Shown here: positions 34,523-44,051 of the stretch, piece after piece
How the letters are laid out: the number at the start of each line of letters is the position of its first letter
Numbering within the stretch: the first letter of the stretch is position 1
Source of the DNA: Patescibacteria group bacterium
GTDB taxonomy: Bacteria > Patescibacteriota > Patescibacteriia > Magasanikbacterales > UBA922
Assembly (NCBI GenBank): GCA_041651535.1
Contig: JBAZIZ010000002.1
Location: 82,059 to 146,058 of the forward strand
DNA: 64,000 bases
Direction of reading: 5' to 3'
Notes under the pieces: generated by a model
The model's database searches: none
What the model was told of the DNA's origin: nothing
What the model saw: the letters and a program-made list of their open reading frames with translations, nothing else
Made by a program: the position numbers and the translations under genes

Positions 34523-36958
34523 TTATTTTCTAAGTTCAGCCCCAAATTTATTTTTTAATTCTTGACAAATTTTTTCAAAAATTTTATCAACTTCGTTAGT
34601 TTCTAATGTTTTTTCTTTAGAAGAAAATATAATATGATAAGCCAAACTTTTTTTATCAGCTGAAATCTTTTCACCTTCATAAACATCAAACAATTCTACA
34701 TTTTTTATTAAAAAATCTTGTGCTAAAATTGTTTGTAAAATATCTTTATGTTTTATATCTTTAGAAACTGTAAATGCTAAATCTCGTAAAACTGGTGGAA
34801 AAATTGACAGAGTATTATAATTATTTTTTTCCGAAAACTCTTCAACAATTTTATTTAAATTTATTTCTAATAAAGCAACTTTGTAATTTAAACCAAAATC
34901 TTTTTGTGTTTGTGGATGAAGTTCAGCGATAAAACCAATTTTTTCTTTTTCTAAACTAATAACTCCAGCTCGATTTGGATGAATAAATTTTTCTGTAAAA
35001 ATATCATTTTCAATTTCTGCTTTTAAACCTAATTCTTTAAACAAAAAATTTAAAACATTAGCTAATTCAAAAAAAGGTTTCTCATCATTTTTATTCATGT
35101 AAACAATACTAAGTAAATTGTCTTGTCGTGGCAAAAGTTCATCGCTTTGTGGTTCCATCCTCTCCCCTGGTTCTTCTTTTTTAAAAACTTTTCCAATTTC
35201 AAAAAAAGCTAATTCATCATAATCATGAGAATTTTTTTCTAAATTTGTTAATAAAGAACCAAGCAGATCACGACGTAAAAAAGGTTCATCTTTAGCAATT
35301 GGATTATCCAATTCAACAAAATCATCTTTTTCTGAACCCATTTTTTCAATTAATTTTGGTGAGATAAAAGAATAATTTAAATTTTCTGTAAAACCAAATT
35401 TCCAAGCCAAAATATCTTTAATTTTTCTTTCTAATTTTCGTAAACGATTTTCTTGCGGTGGAATAATCGGAAAATTTGGTAATACTTTTTTAAAATTATC
35501 ATAACCATAAATTCTAGCAACTTCTTCAACTATATCTTCTTTGATAGAAATATCTTTAGTTGCTCGCCAGCTTGGAATCTCTACAGATAGAATATCTTTT
35601 TTTTCTTTTACAACAAAACCAAGCGAATCCAAAATTTTTAGTACTTGTTTTTTATCCATTTCTTCACCCATTTTTTCAAATAAAAATTCATAAGAAATTT
35701 CTATTGGCCCTTTATTTACTGCAAAATTATTAATATCAACAACATTAGAAACAACTTTGGCTTTTGGACAAGATTTTAAAATTAATTCCACAGCTTTTTT
35801 CAAAGCTAATTCTGCTAAATTTGGATCCAAAGATTTTTCAAATCTAGCTGAAGAATCAGTTCTAATTCCTAATTTAAGAGCAGTTTTTCGAACTCCACTT
35901 GGTTCAAAATTTGCTGATTCAAAAATTATAGTTTTAGTCTCATTTTTTATTTCACTATTTAGTCCACCCATAACTCCAGCAATAGCAATCGCCTTTTCAG
36001 TATCGGCAATCACTAAATTATCTGAGTTCAAATTGTGTTCTTTTCCATCTAAAGTAAAAAATTTTTCATTTTCTTTTGCTGATCTAACTATGATTTTATT
36101 TGTCGCCAAATTATTTTTATCAAAAGCGTGAAGCGGTTGTCCTAAATCAAGCATAACATAATTTGTAATATCAACTATATTATTTATTGGTCTAAGTCCA
36201 GCAGCTAATAATCTTTCTTGAATTTCGCTAGTAGATTCTTTTACTTCAACATTGTCAATCATAACTGCCATATATCTTGGGCATAATTTTGTTTCTTTTA
36301 CTTCCACTTCTATTTTTTCTTTTTCTTCACTTTTTATTTCTTTTACTAAATATTCTTTTAATTTTTTATTATAAACAGCAGTAATTTCTCTAGCCATACC
36401 ATAATGTCCCCACAAATCAGGTCTATGAGTCATTGATTTATTATCAATATCAAAAATAATATCATCCAAACCTAAAGCTGTAGCTAAATTTGTACCAGCT
36501 AAAGATTTTAAATGTGTTAGATCAAGAATTTCAGTCTCGCCTTGATTAAACATATTTTCTAATCCAAGTTCTGAAGCAGCACAAATCATTCCAAAAGACT
36601 CAACACCACGAATTTTTGCTTCTTTCATTTCTACCAAATCTCCTTCTCCATGCCAACGCACTTTGGAGCCAATTTTTGCCACAGCAACTTTCATTTTTTC
36701 TTTTAAATTTGTGCCACCACAAACTATTTGTACAGTTTTTTCTCCCAAATCTACTTGAGCAATTTTTAATTTATCAGCATCAGGATGTTTTTCAACTTTT
36801 TTAACCACACCGACAACTATATTTTCTAAATTTTTTCCTTGTTTAAAAATTTCTTCCACTTCTACAATTGCCATTGTCATTTTTAAAGCAATTTCTTCAG
36901 CAGTTAAAGAATCCGGTAAATTTATATATTGTTTTAACCATTTGTAAGATATTTTCAT
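34523..36958 (-). CDS. pheT: Phenylalanine--tRNA ligase beta subunit
   Basis: 'MKISYKWL', 'HPDADKL', 'NNIVDITNYVM..GQPLHAFD', FDX-ACB end 'LFDVYEG...GAELR'. Confidence 0.97.
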   Translation of the reverse strand: MKISYKWLKQYINLPDSLTAEEIALKMTMAIVEVEEIFKQGKNLENIVVGVVKKVEKHPDADKLKIAQVDLGEKTVQIVCGGTNLKEKMKVAVAKIGSKVRWHGEGDLVEMKEAKIRGVESFGMICAASELGLENMFNQGETEILDLTHLKSLAGTNLATALGLDDIIFDIDNKSMTHRPDLWGHYGMAREITAVYNKKLKEYLVKEIKSEEKEKIEVEVKETKLCPRYMAVMIDNVEVKESTSEIQERLLAAGLRPINNIVDITNYVMLDLGQPLHAFDKNNLATNKIIVRSAKENEKFFTLDGKEHNLNSDNLVIADTEKAIAIAGVMGGLNSEIKNETKTIIFESANFEPSGVRKTALKLGIRTDSSARFEKSLDPNLAELALKKAVELILKSCPKAKVVSNVVDINNFAVNKGPIEISYEFLFEKMGEEMDKKQVLKILDSLGFVVKEKKDILSVEIPSWRATKDISIKEDIVEEVARIYGYDNFKKVLPNFPIIPPQENRLRKLERKIKDILAWKFGFTENLNYSFISPKLIEKMGSEKDDFVELDNPIAKDEPFLRRDLLGSLLTNLEKNSHDYDELAFFEIGKVFKKEEPGERMEPQSDELLPRQDNLLSIVYMNKNDEKPFFELANVLNFLFKELGLKAEIENDIFTEKFIHPNRAGVISLEKEKIGFIAELHPQTQKDFGLNYKVALLEINLNKIVEEFSEKNNYNTLSIFPPVLRDLAFTVSKDIKHKDILQTILAQDFLIKNVELFDVYEGEKISADKKSLAYHIIFSSKEKTLETNEVDKIFEKICQELKNKFGAELRK

Positions 36959-36995
36959 ATAATTTGATTAACTGTTTTTTCGTAAATTAATTCAA

Positions 36996-38027
36996 TTAAA
37001 ATTGTTCTAAAAATTTCATATTTCCTTCATGCAAATAACGTATATCTTCTATTCCATATTTTTGCATTACTAAACGCATTGAACCAAGACCAAAAGCAAA
37101 ACCTTGATATTCATTTGGATCAAGACCACCAGCTTTGATAACTTTTGGATGAATAAGACCGCAAGGTAAAGTTTCTATCCAACCACTGTGTTTACAAGCT
37201 CCGCAACCTTTACCACCACAAACTAAACATTTCATATCAAGTTCAAAACCAGGTTCCACAAAAGGAAAATAACCAGGTCTAAGTCTAACTTCAATTTCTC
37301 TTTTAAAAACTCCTTGCAAAAGTTCTTTCATAACAGCAATCACATTATCAATCGAAATTTTTTTATCAACTACCAAACCTTCCATTTGATAAAAAGTATG
37401 TTCATGGCAAGCATCAGTTGCTTCATTTCTAAAAACACGACCAGAACCAACAGCTCGAAGCGGAGCACCATATTTTTGCATTGCACGTACTTGCATTGAT
37501 GAAGTGTGAGTTCGCATTACCCAATCAGAATGATCTTTGATAAAAAAAGTATCATGTGAATCACGAGCTGGATGAGTTTTGGAAACATTTAAAGCTTCAA
37601 AATTATAATAATCACTTTCCAGTTCTGGACCATCCAAAATTATAAAACCCATTGAAGTAAAAAGATCTTCAAGTTCATTATGTAATAAAGTAACAGGATG
37701 AAGATGACCCGAACGACTATTACTTATTTTTGGCTGTGAAATATCTATTTTTTCTTTTGCAATAGAATCTTCCCAAAGAGTTTTTTCTAAATCCTGTTTT
37801 TTTTGTATATAAATATTTTCTAAATCATTTTTGATATCATTTGCCAAAGCACCGATTTCTCTTTTTTCAATTTCATTAAGATTTTTCAAATCTTTCATAA
37901 ACAAAGTCAAAATTCCAGATTTACGTGAAAAATATGTTTGATAAAATTCTTCCAATTCTACCAAATTTGAAATTACTTTTATTTTTTCTTTGTATTCTTT
38001 TTGAATTACTTGTAATTTTTCTTTCAT
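36996..38027 (-). CDS. pheS: Phenylalanine--tRNA ligase alpha subunit
   Basis: 'HPARDSHDTF', 'RTHTS', 'YFPFVEP', 'GFAFGLG'. Confidence 0.97.
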   Translation of the reverse strand: MKEKLQVIQKEYKEKIKVISNLVELEEFYQTYFSRKSGILTLFMKDLKNLNEIEKREIGALANDIKNDLENIYIQKKQDLEKTLWEDSIAKEKIDISQPKISNSRSGHLHPVTLLHNELEDLFTSMGFIILDGPELESDYYNFEALNVSKTHPARDSHDTFFIKDHSDWVMRTHTSSMQVRAMQKYGAPLRAVGSGRVFRNEATDACHEHTFYQMEGLVVDKKISIDNVIAVMKELLQGVFKREIEVRLRPGYFPFVEPGFELDMKCLVCGGKGCGACKHSGWIETLPCGLIHPKVIKAGGLDPNEYQGFAFGLGSMRLVMQKYGIEDIRYLHEGNMKFLEQF

Positions 38028-38035
38028 ATAAATAT

Positions 38036-39247
38036 TTATCTAATTAAATTTAAAATATCACGCCAAGTGACAAGCACAATCAAAGCCATCAAAAGTATAA
38101 AACCTATTGTATGGGCAAAATTTTCATATTTTTGTTTTACTGGACTACCTTTTATTTTTCCAATCAAAATAAACAAAATACGTCCACCGTCAAGAGCTGG
38201 AATTGGTAAAATATTTATTGCTGCTAAACTAAGCGATAACATGGCGATTAAGTTTAAAATATAATTAAAACCAAGTTTAGCACTTTCACCAACTAAATTT
38301 ACTATACCAACTGGACCAGAAACATCAAAAATTAAACCCTGACCTAAAATCAAATTTTTTAATAAAAGATAAAATGAAATAAAAATATTTACAAAACCAA
38401 TAATCGCAGCTAGAAAACCTTTATAAAAAGCAATATACCAAGGATAACGTACTATTCCAGCATCAGCAATCATGACTCCAATCAAATAACGATTTTCATT
38501 TTTTTCTGGAATAATCTTAAAATTTATTTTTTCATTATTTCGTAAAACTATCATTTCCATTTCTTTATCTTGATTAGCAGTAATAAAAGCATTTAATTCT
38601 AAAGTATTTTTTATGGCAGTTTCATTTAAAAATAAAATTTTATCACCATAACTTAGACCAACTTTTTCGGCTGGACTATTTTTTACAATTTGTTCAATAA
38701 TTACACTTGGTTCTTCAATTACAATTGCTTTTTCATCAACACCACCAGAAAAATCAGCTGGCAAACCTACCATCAAACCAAAACCTAAAACTAAAGACGC
38801 TAAAATAAAATTCATAAAAACTCCAGCTGACAAAACAACTATTTTTTGCCAAGATTTTTTTGCTGAAAAACTATCTTGAACACAATTTTCAATTGAATCA
38901 GATCCATCTTGGGTGGATTCATCTCCATTTTCACCTTTTATTTGGCAGAAACCACCAAGCGGTAATAAATTTAAAGAATATAAAGTTGCGGGAAATTCAT
39001 TTTTTTCAATTAAATCATTTTTGTCTTGTCCAGAAACAGTATTTTTTAAACTACTTTTGCCTTTTCCCCAAACAAAAACTTTTTTTCCTGTTTTTGGATC
39101 ATGATAAAAACCACACAAACGTGGTGGAAAACCTATCCCAAATTCATGAACTTTCATCCCAAAAAAACGCGCAGTAAAAAAATGGCCCCATTCATGAGCT
39201 AAAACTAAAATTGCCAAAATAAGCAAAAATAATAAAATTGTCGTCAT
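38036..39247 (-). CDS. rseP: RIP metalloprotease RseP (site-2 protease, PDZ)
   Basis: HEWGH, PDZ region, NILPIPALDGG. Confidence 0.93.
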   Translation of the reverse strand: MTTILLFLLILAILVLAHEWGHFFTARFFGMKVHEFGIGFPPRLCGFYHDPKTGKKVFVWGKGKSSLKNTVSGQDKNDLIEKNEFPATLYSLNLLPLGGFCQIKGENGDESTQDGSDSIENCVQDSFSAKKSWQKIVVLSAGVFMNFILASLVLGFGLMVGLPADFSGGVDEKAIVIEEPSVIIEQIVKNSPAEKVGLSYGDKILFLNETAIKNTLELNAFITANQDKEMEMIVLRNNEKINFKIIPEKNENRYLIGVMIADAGIVRYPWYIAFYKGFLAAIIGFVNIFISFYLLLKNLILGQGLIFDVSGPVGIVNLVGESAKLGFNYILNLIAMLSLSLAAINILPIPALDGGRILFILIGKIKGSPVKQKYENFAHTIGFILLMALIVLVTWRDILNLIR

Positions 39248-39369
39248 AAATAAATTGACTTAAACGGACAAATAAACTAAAATAATAAGTGAATATATTA
39301 TCACACATTTTGATATTTTATTCAAGTTTAATTTTATTTTTTAATTATTAAATTTAAATTATTAAATAT

Positions 39370-39936
39370 ATGAAAGAATTTTTAATTTTTTTTGTGATTT
39401 TAACTGCTATTTTAGTAGTCTGGATTATCGCTTTATACAATACAATTGTGAGATTAAAAAATCGCACAAAAGAAGCTTGGAGTGATATTGAAGTCCAATT
39501 AAAAAGAAGACACGATTTAATTCCAAACTTGATAAATTCAGTCAAAGGTTATATGACCCACGAAAAAGAACTTTTAGAAAAAATAACTCTTGCTCGAGCT
39601 GGTGCTTTAAATTCCCAAAAAAATAATGATACTGCCCAGTTAGCAAAAATTGAAAATGACCTTACTGGCATGCTCGGAAAATTACAAATTGCGGTTGAAG
39701 CTTATCCTGATTTAAAAGCCAATACCAATGTTTCAAATCTTATGGACGAATTAGCTGATACTGAAAATAAAATTCAAGCTGCACGCCGATTTTATAATAC
39801 TATGGTTAGAGATTTTAAAACTAAAATTGAAACTTTCCCAAATAATTTAATTGCAGAAAAATTAAAAACAGAAAATTTTTCTTATTTTGAAATAGAAGAC
39901 AAAAAAGAAAAAGAAAATATCGAAGTAAAATTTTAA
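39370..39936 (+). CDS. lemA: LemA family protein
   Basis: 'LKRRHDLIPNL', 'EAYPDLKAN', 'ENKIQAARRFYN'. Confidence 0.95.
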   Translation: MKEFLIFFVILTAILVVWIIALYNTIVRLKNRTKEAWSDIEVQLKRRHDLIPNLINSVKGYMTHEKELLEKITLARAGALNSQKNNDTAQLAKIENDLTGMLGKLQIAVEAYPDLKANTNVSNLMDELADTENKIQAARRFYNTMVRDFKTKIETFPNNLIAEKLKTENFSYFEIEDKKEKENIEVKF

Positions 39937-39945
39937 TTTACCAAA

Positions 39946-40818
39946 ATGTATAATCAAATAGAATCAAACAAAAGAAAAACAAATATTTTAATAATTATTT
40001 TTTGTCTATTTATTATTTCTGTAGCTTGGCTTTTAAATAATTATTTAAACTATGGTTATGAAATGGTAATTTTTGCTGTATTACTTTCCATTTTCATGTC
40101 AGTATTTAGTTATTTTGGTAGTGACAAAATTGCTTTAGCCAGTACTGGCGCTAAAAAAATTATCAAAGAAAATAATCCGCAAGTTTATCGTTTAGTGGAA
40201 AATTTATGTATTACTGCTGGTATTCCAACTCCTCAAATTTATATTATAAATTCTCCAGCTCTAAATGCTTTTGCAACTGGTCGCGACCCAAAACACGCTT
40301 CAATTGCTCTCACTAGCGGAATTATAAATGCTTTGGAAAATGAAGAATTAGAAGGCGTGATTGCTCATGAGCTTTCTCATATAAAAAATTATGATATTCG
40401 TTTGATGACTATTGTCGTGGTTTTAGTTGGGACTTTATCTCTTTTGGCTGATATGTTTTATAGAATAAAAATATTTGGTGGACGAGACAGCGAAAATAAA
40501 AATAATAATGCTTTTTTCTTAATTTTTAGTTTAATTTTACTTTTAATTTCACCTTTGGTAGCTAATTTGATTAAACTGGCAATTTCGCGAAAAAGAGAAT
40601 ATTTAGCTGATGCTGATGGAGCAATGCTCACTCGTTATCCAGAAGGTTTAGCTCGAGCTTTAGAAAAAATAAATTCTTCAAATCAAACATTAAAAACTGC
40701 TGATGCAGCAACTGCTCATTTATTTATTGCTAATCCTTTTAATAAAAAATCTTTTTTAAATTTATTTTCTACTCATCCACCGATTGATGACCGAATAAAA
40801 AAATTAAGAGGAATCTAA
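39946..40818 (+). CDS. htpX: M48 zinc metalloprotease HtpX
   Basis: 'NAFATG', HELSH, 'SRKREYLAD', 'STHPP'; follows lemA. Confidence 0.93.
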   Translation: MYNQIESNKRKTNILIIIFCLFIISVAWLLNNYLNYGYEMVIFAVLLSIFMSVFSYFGSDKIALASTGAKKIIKENNPQVYRLVENLCITAGIPTPQIYIINSPALNAFATGRDPKHASIALTSGIINALENEELEGVIAHELSHIKNYDIRLMTIVVVLVGTLSLLADMFYRIKIFGGRDSENKNNNAFFLIFSLILLLISPLVANLIKLAISRKREYLADADGAMLTRYPEGLARALEKINSSNQTLKTADAATAHLFIANPFNKKSFLNLFSTHPPIDDRIKKLRGI

Positions 40819-40855
40819 AATAAAAAATTTTTAATTTATTTTTAATTTATTAACT

Positions 40856-41197
40856 ATGTACAATATGTATAACATGGGATTTGGAACAGGAGTCGGCGCT
40901 GGTTTTTTTGCTGGTAGCCTACTTCTTTTTTTCATTTTTATGCTTTGGTCAATTTTCTGGAAAGCTATTGCTCTTTGGTTAGCTGCTAGAAATAATCACA
41001 AACCTTGGTTTATAATTTTAATGGTGATAAACACAGCTGGAATTTTAGAAATCGTTTATATTTTTGCGGTAGCTATGAAAAGAACTGGCGCAAAAAAAAA
41101 TTTAATTGACGAAATTGATAATTGTTGTAACACTTGTGAAACTAAATCTGAACAAAAAGAAAATAATTCAAAAAATGAAGAAACAGAAATTAAATAA
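40856..41197 (+). CDS. Small membrane protein (DUF5652-like)
   Basis: 'WKAIALWLAARN...WF...NTAGILEIVYIF'. Confidence 0.7.
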   Translation: MYNMYNMGFGTGVGAGFFAGSLLLFFIFMLWSIFWKAIALWLAARNNHKPWFIILMVINTAGILEIVYIFAVAMKRTGAKKNLIDEIDNCCNTCETKSEQKENNSKNEETEIK

Positions 41198-41220
41198 AAT
41201 TTTCGTCTACTGATTATTTT

Positions 41221-41673
41221 ATGAGAACGGAAAAATCTTGTGGAGCCATAATTTTTAAAAAAATAAAACCAATAAATTCTGAAAAAGAATCTTTGGTTTT
41301 TTTGATAGTTAGAGAAATTAAAAAACATGGTGGACATTGGAATTTTCCTAAAGGACATGTGGAAAAAGATGAAACCGAATTAGAGACAGCCAAAAGAGAA
41401 ATTATGGAAGAATTAAAAATGGAAATAGATATTATAGATGGTTTTCGTGAAGAAATAAAATATCGAGTAAAAATAAATAAAAGTGAAAAAACCGTTATTT
41501 ATTTTTTAGCAATTTCTAAATCAGAAAAAATAGAATTACAAAAATCTGAATTAGCTGATTTTGCTTGGTTAGAATATGAAGAATGTTTAAAAAAATTGAC
41601 TTTTGAAAATAGTCGCGATTTATGTCGTAAAGCTTATAATTTTTTGATTTTTGAATCTAGGTTTAAAAATTAA
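41221..41673 (+). CDS. NUDIX hydrolase (Ap4A hydrolase-like)
   Basis: 'EKSCGA', Nudix box 'KGHVEKDETELETAKREIMEEL'. Confidence 0.88.
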   Translation: MRTEKSCGAIIFKKIKPINSEKESLVFLIVREIKKHGGHWNFPKGHVEKDETELETAKREIMEELKMEIDIIDGFREEIKYRVKINKSEKTVIYFLAISKSEKIELQKSELADFAWLEYEECLKKLTFENSRDLCRKAYNFLIFESRFKN

Positions 41674-41783
41674 ATATTATTTAAAAAACAGACCACTTGA
41701 AAAAGTGGTTTTTGTTTTAAAATAAAATCAAAATAAAAAAGGAAGCCTTAGGCTTCCTAAAATAAAAAACAGTAAAAAATCAT

Positions 41784-42233
41784 TCATTCAACCCTGAAAT
41801 CAGGGCTGAATTGTTGAACAACAATTTCTTCTGGTGAAAACCAGAAAGAAATTTCTTCCATTGCATTCTCCAAACTGTCTGAAGAATGCACCACATTTTC
41901 AGCTTTATTATCAGCAAAAATGTATCTTATTGTTCCAGGTAAGGCTTCGGCTGGATCAGTTGCTCCATTTAATTGTCTGGCGATTGAAACAGCATTTTCT
42001 CCTTCGAGTACAATCAACACTGAAGGCCCAGAAGACATAGATTTTGTCAATTCAGGAAAAAATCTTCTTTCTTTGTGAACTTTGTAAAAAAGACCCGCCT
42101 TTTCAGACGTCATTTTTACAATTTTTATTCCCACAACTTTTAACCGAGCTAATTCATAAAAATGAATTATCTGTCCAATGAGACCAGCTTTTACCGCATT
42201 AGGCTTTATCATAACAAAAGTTCTGCTGATCAT
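41784..42233 (-). CDS. ndk: Nucleoside-diphosphate kinase
   Basis: Likely ATG at 42233 behind GGAGGAGG. 'RTFVMIKP', 'GATDP..A.PGTIR', 'NVVHSSDS'. Confidence 0.93.
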   Translation of the reverse strand: MISRTFVMIKPNAVKAGLIGQIIHFYELARLKVVGIKIVKMTSEKAGLFYKVHKERRFFPELTKSMSSGPSVLIVLEGENAVSIARQLNGATDPAEALPGTIRYIFADNKAENVVHSSDSLENAMEEISFWFSPEEIVVQQFSPDFRVE

Positions 42234-42234
42234 T

Positions 42235-42348
42235 TTATCCTCCTCCAAAAGAAATTAAAGAAAATGTAAAAATGGCAATTCCTGAAATCAGTAATACCAT
42301 AAGTATCACTGAACAAACAAGCCCTGTGTAAAACAAAAAGTCTGACAT
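42235..42348 (-). CDS. Unannotated 37-aa single-TM small protein upstream of ndk
   Basis: GAGG-N8-ATG start; MSDFLFYTGLVCSVILMVLLISGIAIFTFSLISFGGG*. Stop lies 1 nt before the ndk ATG. Confidence 0.55.
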   Translation of the reverse strand: MSDFLFYTGLVCSVILMVLLISGIAIFTFSLISFGGG

Positions 42349-42428
42349 TTGTAGTTCCTCACAAACATTATTAAATAATATAAATTGTATTTTAAAGAGC
42401 CATTATTTTAATAAAAAAATAATAAATA

Positions 42429-42457
42429 TTTATATCATAAAAAACATTTTTTGTCAA
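42429..42457 (-). promoter_or_regulatory. Sigma70-type promoter of sORF-ndk
   Basis: TTGACA-N17-TATAAA with extended TG. A boxA-like GGCTCTTTAAAAT follows (42401-42389). Confidence 0.6.
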
Positions 42458-42575
42458 TACAAAAATAAGTAAGCTGTTAAAAAATTTTAAAATTAAGACT
42501 TATAATTTAAAATTTTAAAAAAGCAGTTTTTTAAACTGCCTTATAAAATTAATTCAAAAATCTAAATTCAAAAAT

Positions 42576-43943
42576 CTAAATTTTTTTTATTATCTCACTT
42601 ATTTCCTCAACTTTTTCTCTCATCAACTCTTCGCTATTAGCTTCTAAATTTAGACGTATAACTGATTCAGTATTACTACAACGCACACTAAACCAAAAAT
42701 CTTTATAATTTATTAATATTCCATCAAGTTCATTTAGTTCACCGTCACTGTATTTATTTTTAATTTTTTCCATAACCTCTTCTTTATTTTCAACCTCAAA
42801 ATTAATTTCTCCAGAATGATATTTTTCTTTGCCCATTTTTTCCCAAATTTCACTCATCTTTTTATTTTCTCGTGATAATAAATCAATTATATAAAGAAGA
42901 GATAAATCACCAGACTCAACATCATGTAAATCACGATAATAAAGGTGAAGAGAAAGTTCACTGGCAAAAATAGCATTATTTTCTTTCATCATTTTTTTGA
43001 TATTGCTGTGACCAACTGGACAAATATCAGTTTTTGCGCCAGCTTTTTCCCAAATTTCTTTTACAGCTCGACTGGTTCGTAAATCATAAAGCATAAGTCC
43101 TTTTTGTTTTCGCAAAACTTCAAGTCCAATTATAGCTCCAACAAAAGAAGCTGGAATAATTTGACCTTTTTCATCAACTAAACCAACTCGATCAGCATCA
43201 CCATCAAGAGCAAAACCAAAATCAGCTTTAACAGCTAAAACTTTTTCCTGTAAAGATTTTAAAGTTTCCGTTTTGAGTGGATTAGCCTCATGATTAGGAA
43301 AATTTCCATCTGGTTCTAAAAATAAATATTCAACATCAATATTAAAATCTTTTAAAATTTCTGGAAAAGTAGCTTTGGCCATACCATTGCCAGCATCAAT
43401 AACAATTTTCATTTTTTTAAAATTTTGAACATCAACTAAACTAAACAACTTACTTTTATAATCAATAAAAACATTTTTTTCAAAAACTTGGCCGATGTTT
43501 TCTGTTTTTTCAAAATTAAAATTTTTACACATCTCTTTTATTTCCATCAAACCATTGTCCCCAGCGATTGGTAATCCGTCCCCCATTGTTAATTTGAAAC
43601 CATTATATTCTGCCGGATTATGACTGGCTGTGATCATAATTCCGGCCACATGTTCAGCATAATTTACACAAGCAAAATTAAAAAGTGGTGTGGTTGCCAA
43701 ACCGATATCAACAACATCAATTCCTTGATCAATTATTCCAGCAATCAATTTTTCTTTGTATTTTAAACCTGATTCACGCATATCACGACCAATAACAATT
43801 TTTTTTCCATTCAAATCAATATTTTTCTTTTTTAAAAAATTAACAAAAGAAGCTCCAAGTAAATAAGCAAATTCAATCGATAATTCATCTTTTATCAAAC
43901 CACGAATATCATAGGCTCGAAAAATTTTTTCTGAAAAAGACAT
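42576..43943 (-). CDS. Phosphomannomutase/phosphoglucomutase
   Basis: 'FRAYDIRG', 'TASHNP', 'DGDADR'. Confidence 0.93.
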   Translation of the reverse strand: MSFSEKIFRAYDIRGLIKDELSIEFAYLLGASFVNFLKKKNIDLNGKKIVIGRDMRESGLKYKEKLIAGIIDQGIDVVDIGLATTPLFNFACVNYAEHVAGIMITASHNPAEYNGFKLTMGDGLPIAGDNGLMEIKEMCKNFNFEKTENIGQVFEKNVFIDYKSKLFSLVDVQNFKKMKIVIDAGNGMAKATFPEILKDFNIDVEYLFLEPDGNFPNHEANPLKTETLKSLQEKVLAVKADFGFALDGDADRVGLVDEKGQIIPASFVGAIIGLEVLRKQKGLMLYDLRTSRAVKEIWEKAGAKTDICPVGHSNIKKMMKENNAIFASELSLHLYYRDLHDVESGDLSLLYIIDLLSRENKKMSEIWEKMGKEKYHSGEINFEVENKEEVMEKIKNKYSDGELNELDGILINYKDFWFSVRCSNTESVIRLNLEANSEELMREKVEEISEIIKKI

Positions 43944-44051
43944 ATAATTTTATTTTAATTTAACATTGTATTTTTTGTGTAATTATTATATAATAACAAT
44001 AGATTTTAATAAAGTAAATACATAACAATTTTACCAAATTTTTTTGTATAT

